DNA of 63,746 bases, filler included, from Reticulomyxa filosa (lineage: Eukaryota; Protista; Foraminifera), in NCBI GenBank assembly GCA_000512085.1. It is 25 parts of 25 records of this genome, joined end to end, with 100 filler letters (N's around TTAATTAATTAA, not from the genome) between each part and the next. Parts side by side here need not be neighbours in the genome. Positions count along the whole stretch, not along the records: positions 1 to 1,349 come from ASPP01007830.1; positions 1,450 to 3,202 come from ASPP01045268.1; positions 3,303 to 5,103 come from ASPP01008014.1; positions 5,204 to 12,789 come from ASPP01029503.1; positions 12,890 to 13,889 come from ASPP01048901.1; 20 more parts are not named here. One strand, 5' to 3'. A program made the position numbers and the translations under genes. The notes beneath the pieces are model-generated. The model was not told the DNA's origin, made no database searches, and saw nothing but the letters and a program-made list of their open reading frames with translations. Shown here in pieces: positions 1-13,989 of this stretch (position 1 is its first letter; each line of letters starts with the position of its first letter).

Positions 1-139
1 AATGAGAGGTTTCGCAAGTTCGCAAGTCGTTGTTTTTTTTTATTATTATTATTATTATTAAAAATTTCATAACATCTCCCTTCCTTCTTCCTAAAACAAA
101 CAAAAAAAACAAGTCTCGTCAATCATTATTACTCGTGCG

Positions 140-1195
140 TAACCTGATGATGTTAATATTTGTGCGAACGCATCGTGTGTATGACATAACGCATGACACC
201 GTAATGGAAATGCTGTCGAAAATTTGCAGTTCTCGACAAGGAGAAGGTTTGGCGGACTTGTCTGTGCAAGTGGTATTGACAATGATGGATTTGTTGGAAA
301 ATGAAGTAGTAACAAAAGAGGACAATGTAAATGCCAGTGTTAATGTTAAGACAATAGAACTAGAAAAAAATTGGGTGCAAACGTGGCAAAAAGAAAGCAA
401 GTATCGTAATGAGCTTTGGAAGGAAGCAAGCAAGTTAATCCCCAAGCAACTCACGTCACTGAAAATGCTTACTCCTAGTCAGACACGACTACTGTTGCGT
501 CTGTATTATCAAGACCAATCTCAATCCCATGTCTCCCACACAGACCACTCTAAGCAAAACCTGTCCGATTGCATCGACCCTTCACATCATACTGTTCATT
601 CGTTGCAGACCAATATTGAGTCGGCTTCGACTTTACTATCTGTTACGTTTGTCCTTAAAGCTTTTTGTTCATTTATAATATGTTTGTGTGTATATATGGG
701 GGGGGGGGGGGGGGTCGGTCATGTGATATTAGGACTATGTAAAACAGTTCACCGTAGATGAACATCGCGTACTCACCAGTGTCATCGGCGACAAAAAAAT
801 GTGGCTGGCTTTCTTGGACTTGTATTGCCGCTCCACTCCAGAAGCGCGCTTTTTGCAATATGCAAAACTCGTTTTCCGTTTCGCACTTTATCACAACATA
901 CACATATACATATATATATATATATATTTATAATAATAATAAAATATTCCAACAGGGTTTGTAAATTATTACTTGGCAAAACCACTGTGCTTGCCACAGT
1001 TGGTCACAGTAATTGAAGTCTTTCTGTCTTTTTCAATCGCTTCCAACTTTAATCCTGACCTTGTGCTTCCCATTGTCTTTACCACCTCCACTGCAGCCAT
1101 TATCGCCAAAGCGATCAACACTTCCGATCAATCACCCGAATCGACTTCCTATTTCGATCAATCCAAACAGTCCGACAATTGTCGCCATTTGGTAC
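140..1195 (+). CDS. Internal multi-exon fragment of an unknown, probably helical protein
   Basis: Three GC-richer coding-like blocks (~140-645, ~758-870, ~956-1192) separated by GT..AG introns with TA microsatellites. No recognisable motif; boundaries approximate. Confidence 0.5.
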
Positions 1196-1349
1196 GGTTG
1201 TAACACATGGCCAACATTTCTTAATAAATGAATGAATAAATAAAGAAATAAATACATATATACATATATATACATATATATATGTATATATACATATACA
1301 TTTACATACATACAAATACAACATGCAAATGCAAGTATAAATATAAATA

Positions 1350-1449
1350 NNNNNNNNNNNNNNNNNNNNNNNNNNNNNNNNNNNNNNNNNNNNTTAATTA
1401 ATTAANNNNNNNNNNNNNNNNNNNNNNNNNNNNNNNNNNNNNNNNNNNN
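1350..1449. other. Artificial contig-joining spacer (first of 24)
   Basis: 44 N + TTAATTAATTAA (stops in six frames) + 44 N. Identical 100-bp spacers start at 3203, 5104, 12790, 13890, 16268, 19992, 21330, 24398, 25917, 27851, 29866, 31812, 32994, 34145, 38667, 40273, 43628, 46493, 47659, 55816, 56928, 60128 and 61853. Confidence 0.98.
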
Positions 1450-1961
1450 TTCATAATGGGACAATATTTATTTTTAAAAAATTTCAAAATATCCTAATCA
1501 ACATTTGAACAATTTAAAGGACTAAAATGCTTTATTAGTTTTTTTCTGTGCAAATGATGAATCCAAAATTGAAATCTTACAAATTTCAATAGGAAAGTAT
1601 ATTTCCTTAAAGGCACAGCAACTGTTCTATATAACTGCATAAAAGGGCTTTTGATCTTCCATGTGTTCAAAATTAACCTTAATTAGGATTAAACAATTAA
1701 GAACGAGAAAACAAATTGTGTCAGTATAGCATTCTTGGAACGTTTTCATCAGAGTTTTTACGTTTACCAAACAATTCTATAGATACAAGTCACAATACTG
1801 TTTACTTCAACAAAATAATTTTTAAATCAAAAATTAAGAATCTTGTACTAAACTTGAAGTCTTTGTTACGTTTTTGACCCGTACGTACAGCTTAAAAAAA
1901 AATAAAACCCGTTTTCTCTTCAATCTGTTCCTATTATTTATTGTTAAAATTTGCCACAAAA

Positions 1962-2707
1962 ATGTCAACAAAATCTCCCAAAAAGCGACCTTTAGAAGAG
2001 ACAAACATTTATAATAATGGTCCAAAGGCCAAAAAGCAAAAAGTCCAGACCTTTCCTAAACCATATTCGGGCAACATGATAAAAAAATGGTACAGTTGGC
2101 CTCCTGTGCTTTATGTTCAAAAGTTTAGTTTCCTTTAATGCTTGCTGGCTGGTTTGTGCAATATTAAAAAAAAAAAATATAAGGCTGAGTGAAGACGCAC
2201 ACACGCCAACCAAAGGCAGCAAAATGGCAGCTGGCTATGATTTGTTCAGTGCCAAAGAGGAAACAGTCGCCGCACATGGCAAAGCACTCATCAAGACAGA
2301 CATAGCTATTCAATTACCAGAGGGGTGCTATGGTCGTATCGGTATGCTTCATAAAGAAAATGTGAATTTTTTTTCTGCTGAGTCAGCCATCATTCATCAC
2401 ACAAAAAAAAAAAAAAAAATTAGCTCCCCGAAGCGGACTGGCATGGAAAGATCATATTGCTACTGGCGGTGGAGTTATTGATGGCGATTATCGTGGAAAT
2501 GTTGGGGTAATATTGTTCAATCATAGTGATGAGCCATTTAAAGTTGTCAAAGGAATGCGTATCGCACAGTTGATTTTGGAAAGGTATGTCCACGACAGCG
2601 TCGTGGAAGTTGTTGACAGTTTGGATGAGTCAGCCCGTGGAGAAAATGGATTTGGAAGCACAGGTACCGACGCTACTATTACTTTCCATAATAACAAACG
2701 TGAATAA
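1962..2707 (+). CDS. DUT: dUTP pyrophosphatase (trimeric dUTPase), 3 exons, N-terminal basic NLS-like segment
   Basis: Spliced product has all five motifs: AGYDL, GRIAPRSG, GGVIDGDYRG, RIAQL, RGENGFGSTG. Introns ~2122-2182 and ~2342-2423. N-terminus contains PKKRP...KAKKQK. Confidence 0.95.
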
Positions 2708-4140
2708 AAATCACTTGTTTTTCAATTTTAATGTTTATAACATTTTAATTTAACAATGAAAGGTATAAAATTTTACTACAACTTTCACTACAGAACATGT
2801 CACAACTTTTTTTGCAAAAAAAGTTGATTTTTATTGTGTAAAACCTTGTCGAAACTGCCACCGCATTGTCGAATTGACAATCGTACTTCATACAAATTGA
2901 CGGGAAAAATATATCGTGAAGATTAATTCAGCAACACTTCTATTCTTATTCCGTATAGCAGTCAATTTGCTTGTTAAAGTTTGAAATACATCTTTGGTTA
3001 ATTTTCTTAAGATATTTTTTTGCATTTATAAATACAAGTCGTCGTAGTTTGGATTGGAGGACGAACGAAAAACTTAGGGGCAACTTTAGTTGAGGTATAT
3101 TTTTTTAGAGTGGCCTTTGAATTCTCTATATCTTTGGCATTGTTTTTCACGTGGAGAAGAAAATGTCGGATATGTGTCCAGCAGTAATTCCGTTGTATGT
3201 TCNNNNNNNNNNNNNNNNNNNNNNNNNNNNNNNNNNNNNNNNNNNNTTAATTAATTAANNNNNNNNNNNNNNNNNNNNNNNNNNNNNNNNNNNNNNNNNN
3301 NNTCACAATCACAACCACAGCCACAATCACAACCACAATCCAACCAAAGAGCCGAAAATAAATTTGATGAAGAAGACCTCCGTAAACGAGCAATAATTGA
3401 ACAAGAAACCTTTTAAATTAATACCACCAAATTTGCATTGTGTTTTTTTTTTGAAGAAAAATCTTTGCAGGAGATTTTGATTATTTTATTTATGTCTTGC
3501 CTTATTTTATTGCTGTCAGATAAAAAGCATCATAGTCCGAAAAATTTCACCACTACAGTTTTCTTATTCACTATTAACGAAACCTTGAAGCTATAAGGAA
3601 CGTTTAAACTGTGAGTGCATTATATGGTAAGATTATGCAGTAATTATATGCTTGTTTTTAATAAAAATTTTGAAGAATAAGAAAAATTGTAATACTTTAC
3701 CAAAGCTTGTGAATAAACACTCTACAATTACTTTAGTGAAAGTCCAAGTTCAATTTTAGTTTAAGCAGATAGTATTTTGAGCTGATTGTTACAAAAAGCC
3801 AATTTTGTTTGATGGTTCAAGTTCTTACACAGATAATAAACATATTGATGAAAAAACCTTAATTTTACAATTGTTTTCTTGACTTTAGCAAAGTAATACT
3901 TAGTGGGAGCAAAAATTTAATTTGAAAAAATTTCTGCATTTAATGGAAAATAATTTAGACATCAATGAAATTAGTAACAATAAGGGATAAAGCTGTAGTC
4001 AAAACATTTCTTTTGACGGCTATACATCAGTGATATTTCCAAGAAATGATATTCATTAAGTGTTCGACAACTATGCTACAACTACTTTGTCAAAGTGATA
4101 AGTAACATTGATTATCTTGTGTATTTGAAAACTACAAAAA

Positions 4141-4334
4141 CATAATGAGACTGTCGAGCATTTCATGATGTAATGTTTGAAGTAAAGTGAATTAAGTCGA
4201 AATTGGTAGACAAATGTATAAGAATTGCTTCAAGATATCAATGCATTGGGGATCGATCGCGGAAACAAGATGTCAGGATCAAAGTTGTAAAAGCAGCAGC
4301 CAAGTTCGCTATCGATGCTAAGAGAAGGATTTGA
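4141..4334 (+). mobile_element. Degenerate 3' end of a non-LTR retrotransposon ORF2 (CCHC knuckle region)
   Basis: ETVEHFMM*C resembles the ETxxHxxxxC half of the ORF2 zinc knuckle, followed after a frameshift by RIKVVKAAAKFAIDAKRRI*. Confidence 0.55.
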
Positions 4335-4652
4335 ATAATTATCAAGTTTTCTCAAGTAAATCTAAATTTAAATTGAAATAACTTTATTGTTTTTCTTTTG
4401 ATTATTTTGCATGGGCCTTTTTGGTCGTTGTAAGATTTTGTGTGTCTTTCTTTTGTTTTTGTGTTTCTTTTTTGAAACTGTTCTATTTCTTAGAACGAGG
4501 TAATATTTTAACTAGAAAGACCTAAATTTGTGCATGTAGATAGGGCAAAAAGAAGTTAGAGTTGATGATGAAGCGATAGAGTAGTCCAATACTTGACATA
4601 TCCAACTGCAACTAATCTAAAAAAAAATAATTAGAATGAGTGATATCATTAG

Positions 4653-4979
4653 AATAATATCAAAAGAAGTGATTGAGGCTATGAGACATTTGTCTACATA
4701 CAAAGTTCAAGGTCCTGATAACATCTACAATCAAATGTTAAAGAATGGTGGCAATGCAGTGGTTGAATCATTGGTATCCCTATTTTGATGGGACATATGC
4801 CTATTGCATGGAAAAAGGCAAACATTGTGACTATTCCTAAGCCTGACAGAGTACAGTCAGTGCAAAAGTCTAGACCGATTGCATTATCAAGTGTTTGTAA
4901 ATTGATGGAAAGAATAATCACAAAGAGATTAATGTGGTTGAATGATAAGCAATTATTACATCAAAACAAGCAGGATTAA
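4653..4979 (+). mobile_element. Non-LTR (LINE, Jockey/I-like) reverse transcriptase fragment, disrupted
   Basis: EVIEAMRHLSTYKVQGPDNIYNQMLK, then a frameshift to GHMPIAWKKANIVTIPKPD..RPIALSSVCKLMERII..LLHQN, matching RT subdomains 0-2. Confidence 0.88.
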
Positions 4980-6993
4980 AAATTTTGAAAATAAAGTTCA
5001 AGTATTTTCAACGATTTTCGTCGCAGAAAATTTCTCAAGATTGTCAAGATAGAAAATTTTTTTAACTAGTAAAAAATCTTTTATAGTGATATAAAGTTTT
5101 TTTNNNNNNNNNNNNNNNNNNNNNNNNNNNNNNNNNNNNNNNNNNNNTTAATTAATTAANNNNNNNNNNNNNNNNNNNNNNNNNNNNNNNNNNNNNNNNN
5201 NNNTCATTCCATCAATTTCCAGAAAATAAAAAACTATTCTTGAAAATAGTTTAAATATCGCCAATATCGAATTTAGCCTTTGTCCAAGGATTCAGTGCAT
5301 TGATTCAGAAAATGATTGATTTGTGATGTGTTTATGTTCTATCAAGAATGTAGGAAAAAGTGATTTAGGAATGGGCACAATGAATGAGATGTCAAAGTTC
5401 ATTATATTATTTTATACTTTTTATATTCTCAGGATTGCAACAAAAAGAAATGTGAAAGATGATTGCTAACACAACAATTGTTCGAATCAACCAAAATTGG
5501 ACGATATTGCCATCTATAATATATTGATATTATTTGCAATTCATCAATTGATCCAAAAATTCATCAATAAATACACTTATCAAGAAACTATATGGATTTA
5601 TTTGCATCGACGATAAGAATTTATCTGATCTGCCTATTCTCAAACACATTAACGGCAAAACAATAACAACAACTATTTCGACGTGGAAGGGGCTCATTCA
5701 AGAATTTGGGCATAATGAAAAGAAAATGAAAATGGCAACGATGATCTCGCTACCATAAGACAAAAAGAACCAACATCGAAGTCACCACAATAATAAAAGT
5801 GCTGGTCTCGACAAAGAAGACACCATAGTCGAGGTATAACAGTAATCAACTGAAATCCTTGACTGGCGTAACTTGGTTCTCTAATCTTCTGTTCCAGAAT
5901 TATGTAATCGTATTTGGTTCATCGCTTGAAAAAGTTTATTTATATAATTAATAATACTAAACATCTAACATACATAATATATTTATAAGTATATTGTTTG
6001 TATATGTGTTGTTTAAAATATTTGAATAGATATTCGAAAGTGTGCAAAGATTGGAATGGAGATTCTTTGTTGAATTGCACAATTCGATATTTGCATTGTC
6101 TGTGGTGCACTTGGAAGCAGATGAGAATTATATTGTTATTTCTGTTATTATTGATGCTGTAGTGAATTCCCAGCGATAATTGTAACAGCAACGTCAATAT
6201 CAGTGATAATGGTACAAGAACGTTGAAGATGTGGCAATTCTCAAGTCAAATTTTCAACAAAATTAAATTTTATGAAGCCACAACCACAAGTAAATGCGCC
6301 TATCATTCTCCATAAAGATATTTGTGATTTGTACAATTATGATCAAATCAATGTTATTGAATTGCGAGTATCAAGTGGAGAATCGGTTTGAGTAAAATCG
6401 AAGCCAATAAGATAATTTATATATATATATATAATTGTCTCCATTTATATGATATTTTATAAAATACTTTGAACCCAAGTTGATGTTTTTGTTTGATAGA
6501 CCTTCAAAAAATCGTATCGAACAAGTGTAGAAGTTGAAGTGAATGTATTAATATCGATGGCTGAAGTTCAAGATTGTTTTCGTGTTCAAAAATGTATTGT
6601 TATTGTTTCAAATTGTTTTGTTTTTTTTAGTGTAATTAAATAATGAAGATGTTTGATGTGCAATTTGCACTGACTGTTTTATTTTTGTTTTATTTTTTTG
6701 ATTTATCTTATTTGAAAAAAAAGTGGACAACACAAGTCCGATCAGCATCACATAATCTCATCAATATCCACAAAGATTTTAACTTATTATAATTTTTTAT
6801 CTTTTTTTGCTAAAGAGTGTCGAACTCAACAATTTTGTTTCATTCAAAAATAAAAAAGTCAAAATAAAAAAAACAAGATCATCAAGAAAATGGTTCTACT
6901 GAACATTAAGAATAATAAAAATATGTACTTATTTTTTAGGATTTGAGATACTAAAAAGAATTTAGTTGACAACCATGTGAAGGCGAGAAAAAG

Positions 6994-7960
6994 CTAAATT
7001 CTGAAAAGCTTTTTTAGCATCAATGGAATCAAGGATTGAATAATAGCCATTGCTTTTGTTTCAGGTAATAAAATATTTCCTAATTGACCATATTTACTAA
7101 ATAATTGTTGCAAATCTTGAATTTGAATATCAAATGGAATATTTTTTACCAAAATAACATTACGACTGCGCAAACAAGTTTTACGATTTCCTTGAAAGGC
7201 ATCAATACAAACACCATGTTCTTGTAAAAAATCTTTAGTTTGTTGAATAATAGCTGTTTCAGCAAGAGAAGCCATAACAGAAGGATGAATTTTATTCAAT
7301 TTAGATGATAATGATGATAATGAATCATTAAATAAATCTGATTTTTGAATATTTAATTGTTTAGCTGTATGTGTATAAGCATTTATCAGGACGAATAAAT
7401 AAACTATTCCATGATAAATCATTATATACACTGTTATATTTTTTTCTTAAATCACGAATTAATTTGTAAGGTAATTTACTCAATGTTTCATCATCTAATT
7501 CATCAACATCAATAAGTGGTAATTTAGAATAATTTGATGATGGAAATGTTGTTGTGTTTGCATTTTCTTTATTTAACCATAAAGATTTCCATTGTTCCCA
7601 TTGCTGTTTTTCAATTTCATTGAAATTATTTTTTGTTGAAGGTAATATTTGTATTAATCGACCATTAAATGTCATTTCTATCATTTTGTCTGATTTGTCA
7701 TTACCATTAATTGATGAAAATATTTGATCCACACTTTGTGAAGAAGTAAATTCGACAATTGCAAATCCCTTATTTTTAGCAAATTGATCTTTTGGTAACA
7801 TAATTTCAGAAATATCTCCAAACTTATTAAAAAATTCCCAAATTTGTTCTTCTGATATTACAAATGGTTTTGATTATACAAATTTTCCTTTTTTTGTAGT
7901 TTTTTCTTCTTTCTTTTTTATTTCTTCTTCATTTTCATTTTTCATCTCTTTCATTATCAT
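6994..7960 (-). pseudogene. MRD1: RBM19/MRD1-like multi-RRM protein, intronless and disrupted
   Basis: RRM with KGFAIVEF, then SWNSLF...LAETAIIQQTKDFLQEHGV.IDAF...RSRNVILVKNIPF, the MRD1/RBM19 linker before RRM3. In-frame stop ~7875, frameshift ~7380, truncated. Confidence 0.75.
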
Positions 7961-8416
7961 TTGAGACTGTAATTTGTCCTTTGAAATATCCTCTAGTTTG
8001 AACATTATCACCACTGGCTGGAGTCATAAGTTTGGCAGATCGTGAGCGATACACAAACATATAGAGCACAGAAGTCCATACTGCTAATACGATCACATGT
8101 TAATAATGAATATCTCTTCTTGCAATAGAGTATTTTGGATTCTCTTTGATAATAGGGTTTAACTTGAAACATTTACGTTCTAAAAAAGATGTTTATCTAA
8201 AAAAGATTGTTTTTTTTTTTAGATGCACCAATTCCAACTTTTCAGGATTTGACAATTTGAATAATTCTAACTGATTGGCCTTGTGACACAACTTTAAAAT
8301 TTAAACACAGAAAACTTTTTATCTCAATAAATGATATAATAGTCCATCAATTTTTGTCATTGATCTTGTTTGACACCCATTACAATGACTTTTTTTTTTT
8401 CTCAATAAAAAAAAAA

Positions 8417-10487
8417 TTAAAACCATCTGTAGTTTTCATCAGGTAAACTTTTGAATACACGATCAAACTCAATTAGAATATCATTAACAATTTCTTGACT
8501 TTGTTTACTTGTCATAGTATTGATATCAGTGGCCAAAGAAACATTCATATTTCCTGCAAAGCTTGCAATACCACAGGTTAAAGGAGAAAATGTTGGATTT
8601 GTAGCACAACAAAATCTCCACATAAGACCATCAGTGCCAATAGCTAGTGGCAACACAGGCCCTTTCAAATTGGATAATAAAGCAACACATTTACTTGATG
8701 CTTTTTCAAGAACTTTTGCAACATAACTTGCTCCACCCCATGCATAAAATATTCGAGTTAACCAAATCGAAAGTTTCACCGAAGAGCCCTTTTTTGATTC
8801 ATTTAAAATCTTTTTTACAATTTTCAATCTCGATTCAAAACTCATGTCACCTAAAGGGAATTTGATAGGGAGCATGCCAAGATCATTTTCTTCCGCATCT
8901 TCTGCTTTTGAACCAGGTTTTCGAAGATTGAACACCGTAATAAAGCGAACAACAATATCATCGCCATACAGTTGCTTCCATTTCGCCAATTCACTTTTAT
9001 CGGCATTTTTGTGTAAGTATTTCGACAATGAGTTTAGCCACTTGTAGATCATCAAATCGTTTACCGTGCAACTGAAATGATGACACAAGATTTTCACATT
9101 TCCCATGTTTATCGATTTGCTCACGCTTAGTTCATACTCTCGTTTCAGATCAGCTTTGTGAAATACTGTCTTAAGAGGAACAATAGGCTCCTTGTACAAC
9201 AGCGAGTAAAAGTCCTTCACAATGCCTGGAAACTCTTTTCGAATGTCGGCGAAAGAAAGATCCTTTACAACTCTCGAATTTTCTCTCAAATCAACTGTTG
9301 TCAACACGGACGCTCGATTTTGTTTTTTTGTGGCCTCCTATAATTGTTCATCCCCACATATTTAGTTTTGTTTTTTTTTTTTTTTATTTTTATTTTTATT
9401 ACAATATAATCAATTTGGTAATGCCTTTTCCAGTCGATAGTATTTTTATGTATTTGTTTATTTTAACAAACCTTTTCCAAGTCAGTTCCAATGTCCGCCC
9501 GGCGCCCACTCTCGATGATTTTTTTAGCAAATCCGTGTAATTTGTTATCCTCGCCTGGCCACAACTTCTCATAAATTCCAAAGATTGACTTCATCAATAT
9601 TACACCATCTCCAATTGCGTGGTGGCATCGCAAGTAACCTTTGTTGTATTATTATTTTGATTATAATAATTTTTTTTACCCTTTTTTTTTTTTTCCTCCC
9701 TCCCTCTTTGTTGTTTGTTTATCTATACAATAACATACCAAATACCCGGTTTTCACGTCCTTTCAACGAGGCATAAATGACGTCCCAATGTGGTCTCTCG
9801 CTATCAAACTGACGGTTAAGTTGCTTTTCGGTCAACAAGGCCGCTATTTTTTGCACATGTCGATCAGCTTCCTCTGCTTCATTGACTTCCGATTTTTCTT
9901 CACTACTCCAGTCTAATTCCAATTTTGTAATGTGTTTCTTCAGATCGATTTTGGACAATTCCAGCTCTTTCCAGTACCATGCACCTGTTTTGTTTTTGGT
10001 TGTGCAAGTGTGTCTTTCCGAAAAAAAAAAAAAAAAAAAAAACAACCAAACTTTTTTTCGCACAATTTGAGTGCCAACAACAAAATACATGGAAGGACAT
10101 TACCGTTATGCTTTAGTGGGACACTTCTGAAATTTGGATATTGTCGGCATACTTCTTCCCAAAATTCAAAGTGGTCTCTCTTTGCTGGATCAAATCCGTA
10201 TAATGCACAGTGAATGTTTGGAGACTGCTTTGACAAATACAAGTGATGCCACATCTCGCTTAACAAACCCATTCGCCGTAATTTGCTGCCATCTTTTCAT
10301 TTTCAATTAGTTGTGCGTTTTTTTTTTTGTTGCTGTTTGAAAAAGCAAACATTTTCCAACCTTTGAGAGTCAGCACCTTGTTTTCCTTTCCAACGTTTTG
10401 AACCTTCTTGAAAAACCAAAAACCAGTAAGAAACACCAAAAGTATCGAAGCTAATAATAATCCAAAGATAATTAAAATGATGTTCAT
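8417..10487 (-). CDS. Wax ester synthase / diacylglycerol acyltransferase (WS/DGAT) with N-terminal transmembrane anchor, 5 exons
   Basis: Catalytic HHAIGDG motif (HHxxxDG) at 9624-9604 in an exon missed by the ORF track. Also YPNFRS, FDSERPHW and C-terminal LSNLKGP motifs; hydrophobic N-terminus. Confidence 0.88.
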
Positions 10488-11137
10488 GTTTCAAAATAGC
10501 AATTTTAAAGTAGGAAGGAAAAAACCAACTTTGTCTACAAAAACTGTTCGCCAAGGTAAAACACGAGGTCCGGTTGTTGAAATATTTTGATTATTTTGTT
10601 CATTAGCACATTTTCGCTTTATGTTGAAAACTGGCCAAATTACGCCATTTTATATTATGCCCCACAACATGTCTATTAATAAATATAAAATTTTGATTGG
10701 ATAATATCATTTATTGGTCATCTTACTTTACCAAAACTAGTTTTATTTTTGAACTTTTAAAAAATAATTCAATCTTTGTTTCGTCATCACGTTATGCTTC
10801 TTGCAGGAACAGCCAACTATAAAACGAAAGAAGATTCACTTCAATCAAAGTTTCAAAAAACAAAATAACTTAAATACGAGAATAATCATCAAAACAAGAA
10901 AGTGTTAGTAAGCAAAAAAGAAATAGTTTCCAGAACAAAGATTGCCCCTTTTGAAATTATTTTGCATTGTAGAGCAAACGACTTTTGATTATTTTTCATT
11001 TTCAGAAAATGTAATATTATGAAAGTAATGGAAATATTGGCTGTAAGAAGCAATAGTATCGTTTTTTAGATTTATTTTAAGTTGCCTAATATACCAAAAA
11101 TAAAAAAAAGAAAAATTATGAAGTTTTGTCTGATCGT

Positions 11138-11987
<850 letters not shown>

Positions 11988-12230
11988 TCAAAGGCACACT
12001 TATCTTAAAAAAGTTTTCAGGGGACTTTCGGAGTTTCCTTTAACCTGCTGCTAAAGTACTGTATTGCTATTTTGAAAAGAATCACAGAAAAATATTAACT
12101 TGCCTTTTAGATTAGATATAATCGATCAAACACTAAAAACAAGTATTATTCAAGATACTATAAAAAAGTTCGTTTTTTAGTAAGGGGCACTACATTTTGG
12201 TCGGCAAAATAAAATAGAACAAATAGCTCC

Positions 12231-12789
12231 ATGTTAAATCCAAAAACACAACAAGAAAGCATCCCCAACAGACGTGATGGGATTGACCCTTCTTTGCAAG
12301 AGATGACAAATGATAAGAAGATGGATGTAGAAAGTAACGAGAAAGACGATAAGAACAAGAAAGACAATGAGAACAATGACACAAAAGAGGTAATGAATGA
12401 AGAGAAGGACGGCAACATGGAGATGAATGATAATGGTAATGAAGAAGGAGTCAACAGTGCCTCTCCGTTACAAAGATCAATGGGATCACGACCAGGCGGA
12501 GAAGAAAATCGAGACAAACTGGTGATGCGGATCACCCAAGAATACATTGCTAAGCAATGGAATTTGGATCGAGTTCCACAATGTCGAAACTAAACAAAAA
12601 CTACATTAACACTCTGCGATTCTGCGTATCCCATTATTTGATTTTTGCTGTTGTTGTTGTTGTTTTGTCCCCATTTTAATAGATCAAATTGATGAAAAAG
12701 GATATATTAATTTTGAAAAAGGACTTTTAGTTAACGACAGATGTCAGTTTTGTTTTGTTCTTTCCGTCCCCTTTTTTTTTTTTTTTTTA
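12231..12789 (+). CDS. 5' part of a hypothetical protein with an acidic/Asn-rich disordered N-terminus
   Basis: ATG ORF divergent from the kinase, with a probable intron after ~12570. Truncated at contig end. Confidence 0.5.
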
Positions 12790-13121
12790 NNNNNNNNNNN
12801 NNNNNNNNNNNNNNNNNNNNNNNNNNNNNNNNNTTAATTAATTAANNNNNNNNNNNNNNNNNNNNNNNNNNNNNNNNNNNNNNNNNNNNAAAAAATTTTG
12901 ATTATAACTTTTTTTGCCAACGTCAAAGAACGAATCTTCCCCCCTATCAATTCAACTTCAAAAAACTTGAAGGACAAGTTTGTTGCAATGTCATCCAAAC
13001 AAAAGGAACTATATAACAAAACAAAAGTAATAATGTATTTTCATTTGTAAGACTTCAAAAAAAATAAGAAGCATACAACTAAAACTGGTCGGCTTAGGGA
13101 GAGCATTGGTGGCCAATATAT

Positions 13122-13889
13122 TTGACAAGAAAGAGTGAATTGCCAAGCAAAGAAGAGAGTCTTACACAACCACCGCTCAAGAAAAGTGATGAGAAAGGAG
13201 TAAAAGAAAGGCGAAAGAATCTTCCAGAGTGCTTAGAACAAGAGTTAGTCGATTGGAATCCAAAAAAAGAGACGGAATCGAATGACAAAGAAACAGCAAT
13301 AACAATAACTGAAGATGGAGACCGAAAAGCGTCGAGGAACGACAAAACAAAACACAAAGAAACAATGAGCCAAACGAAGGAATTGGAAAGCGAAATAAAA
13401 AAATTGCAAAACGAAAACAAGAAAATTTTGGATGAGTCAATGTCTCGATACTCCCAATCAAGCAACTAGAAGAAAGCTTGCAAGCTTTAAGTGACGCTTC
13501 CCGCGAAGTGGCCAAGACGGTAATGAAGCAGGAGCAGCAATTGATTCAATTTAAGCAAATGCTCGATTTGAAAATTAAACAATTACATTTTTACCGACAA
13601 ACCGCTAAGCCAAATGCTTTTCATCGCTCAGTTCCCCAAAAATTCTTTCAAAAGTACTTTTAAAAAAATATATTTGTTCTTTTTTTTTGTTAGTCTTGAC
13701 ATTTCACTTGCAATCAAACTTGAGAGAATTTTTGGAAAAAGTGTTGACGGCGGAATGTTGCTACATCACCCAGACCTTGCAACACTTTGTCCAGACACTC
13801 GATGAGAGGCTATTGTCCAAAGAGGTCTCCAAGCAATGCTTGTTTGCTGAACTCACTGAAATGACTGAACCTAATATTAAATGGTTTTT
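13122..13889 (+). CDS. Hypothetical coiled-coil protein fragment (one frameshift)
   Basis: Charged heptad-like ORF continuing in another frame as KQLEESLQALSDASREV, with a later exon at ~13710-13885. Confidence 0.4.
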
Positions 13890-13989
13890 NNNNNNNNNNN
13901 NNNNNNNNNNNNNNNNNNNNNNNNNNNNNNNNNTTAATTAATTAANNNNNNNNNNNNNNNNNNNNNNNNNNNNNNNNNNNNNNNNNNNN

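Noticed and set aside
1962-2707. Viral or retroelement origin of the dUTPase
   Set aside because: It has two host-type introns and an NLS-like N-terminus, and there are no viral genes on the contig.
5204-6450. Coding-like patches
   Set aside because: Stops in all frames and no identifiable motif; probably pseudogene debris that I cannot assign.
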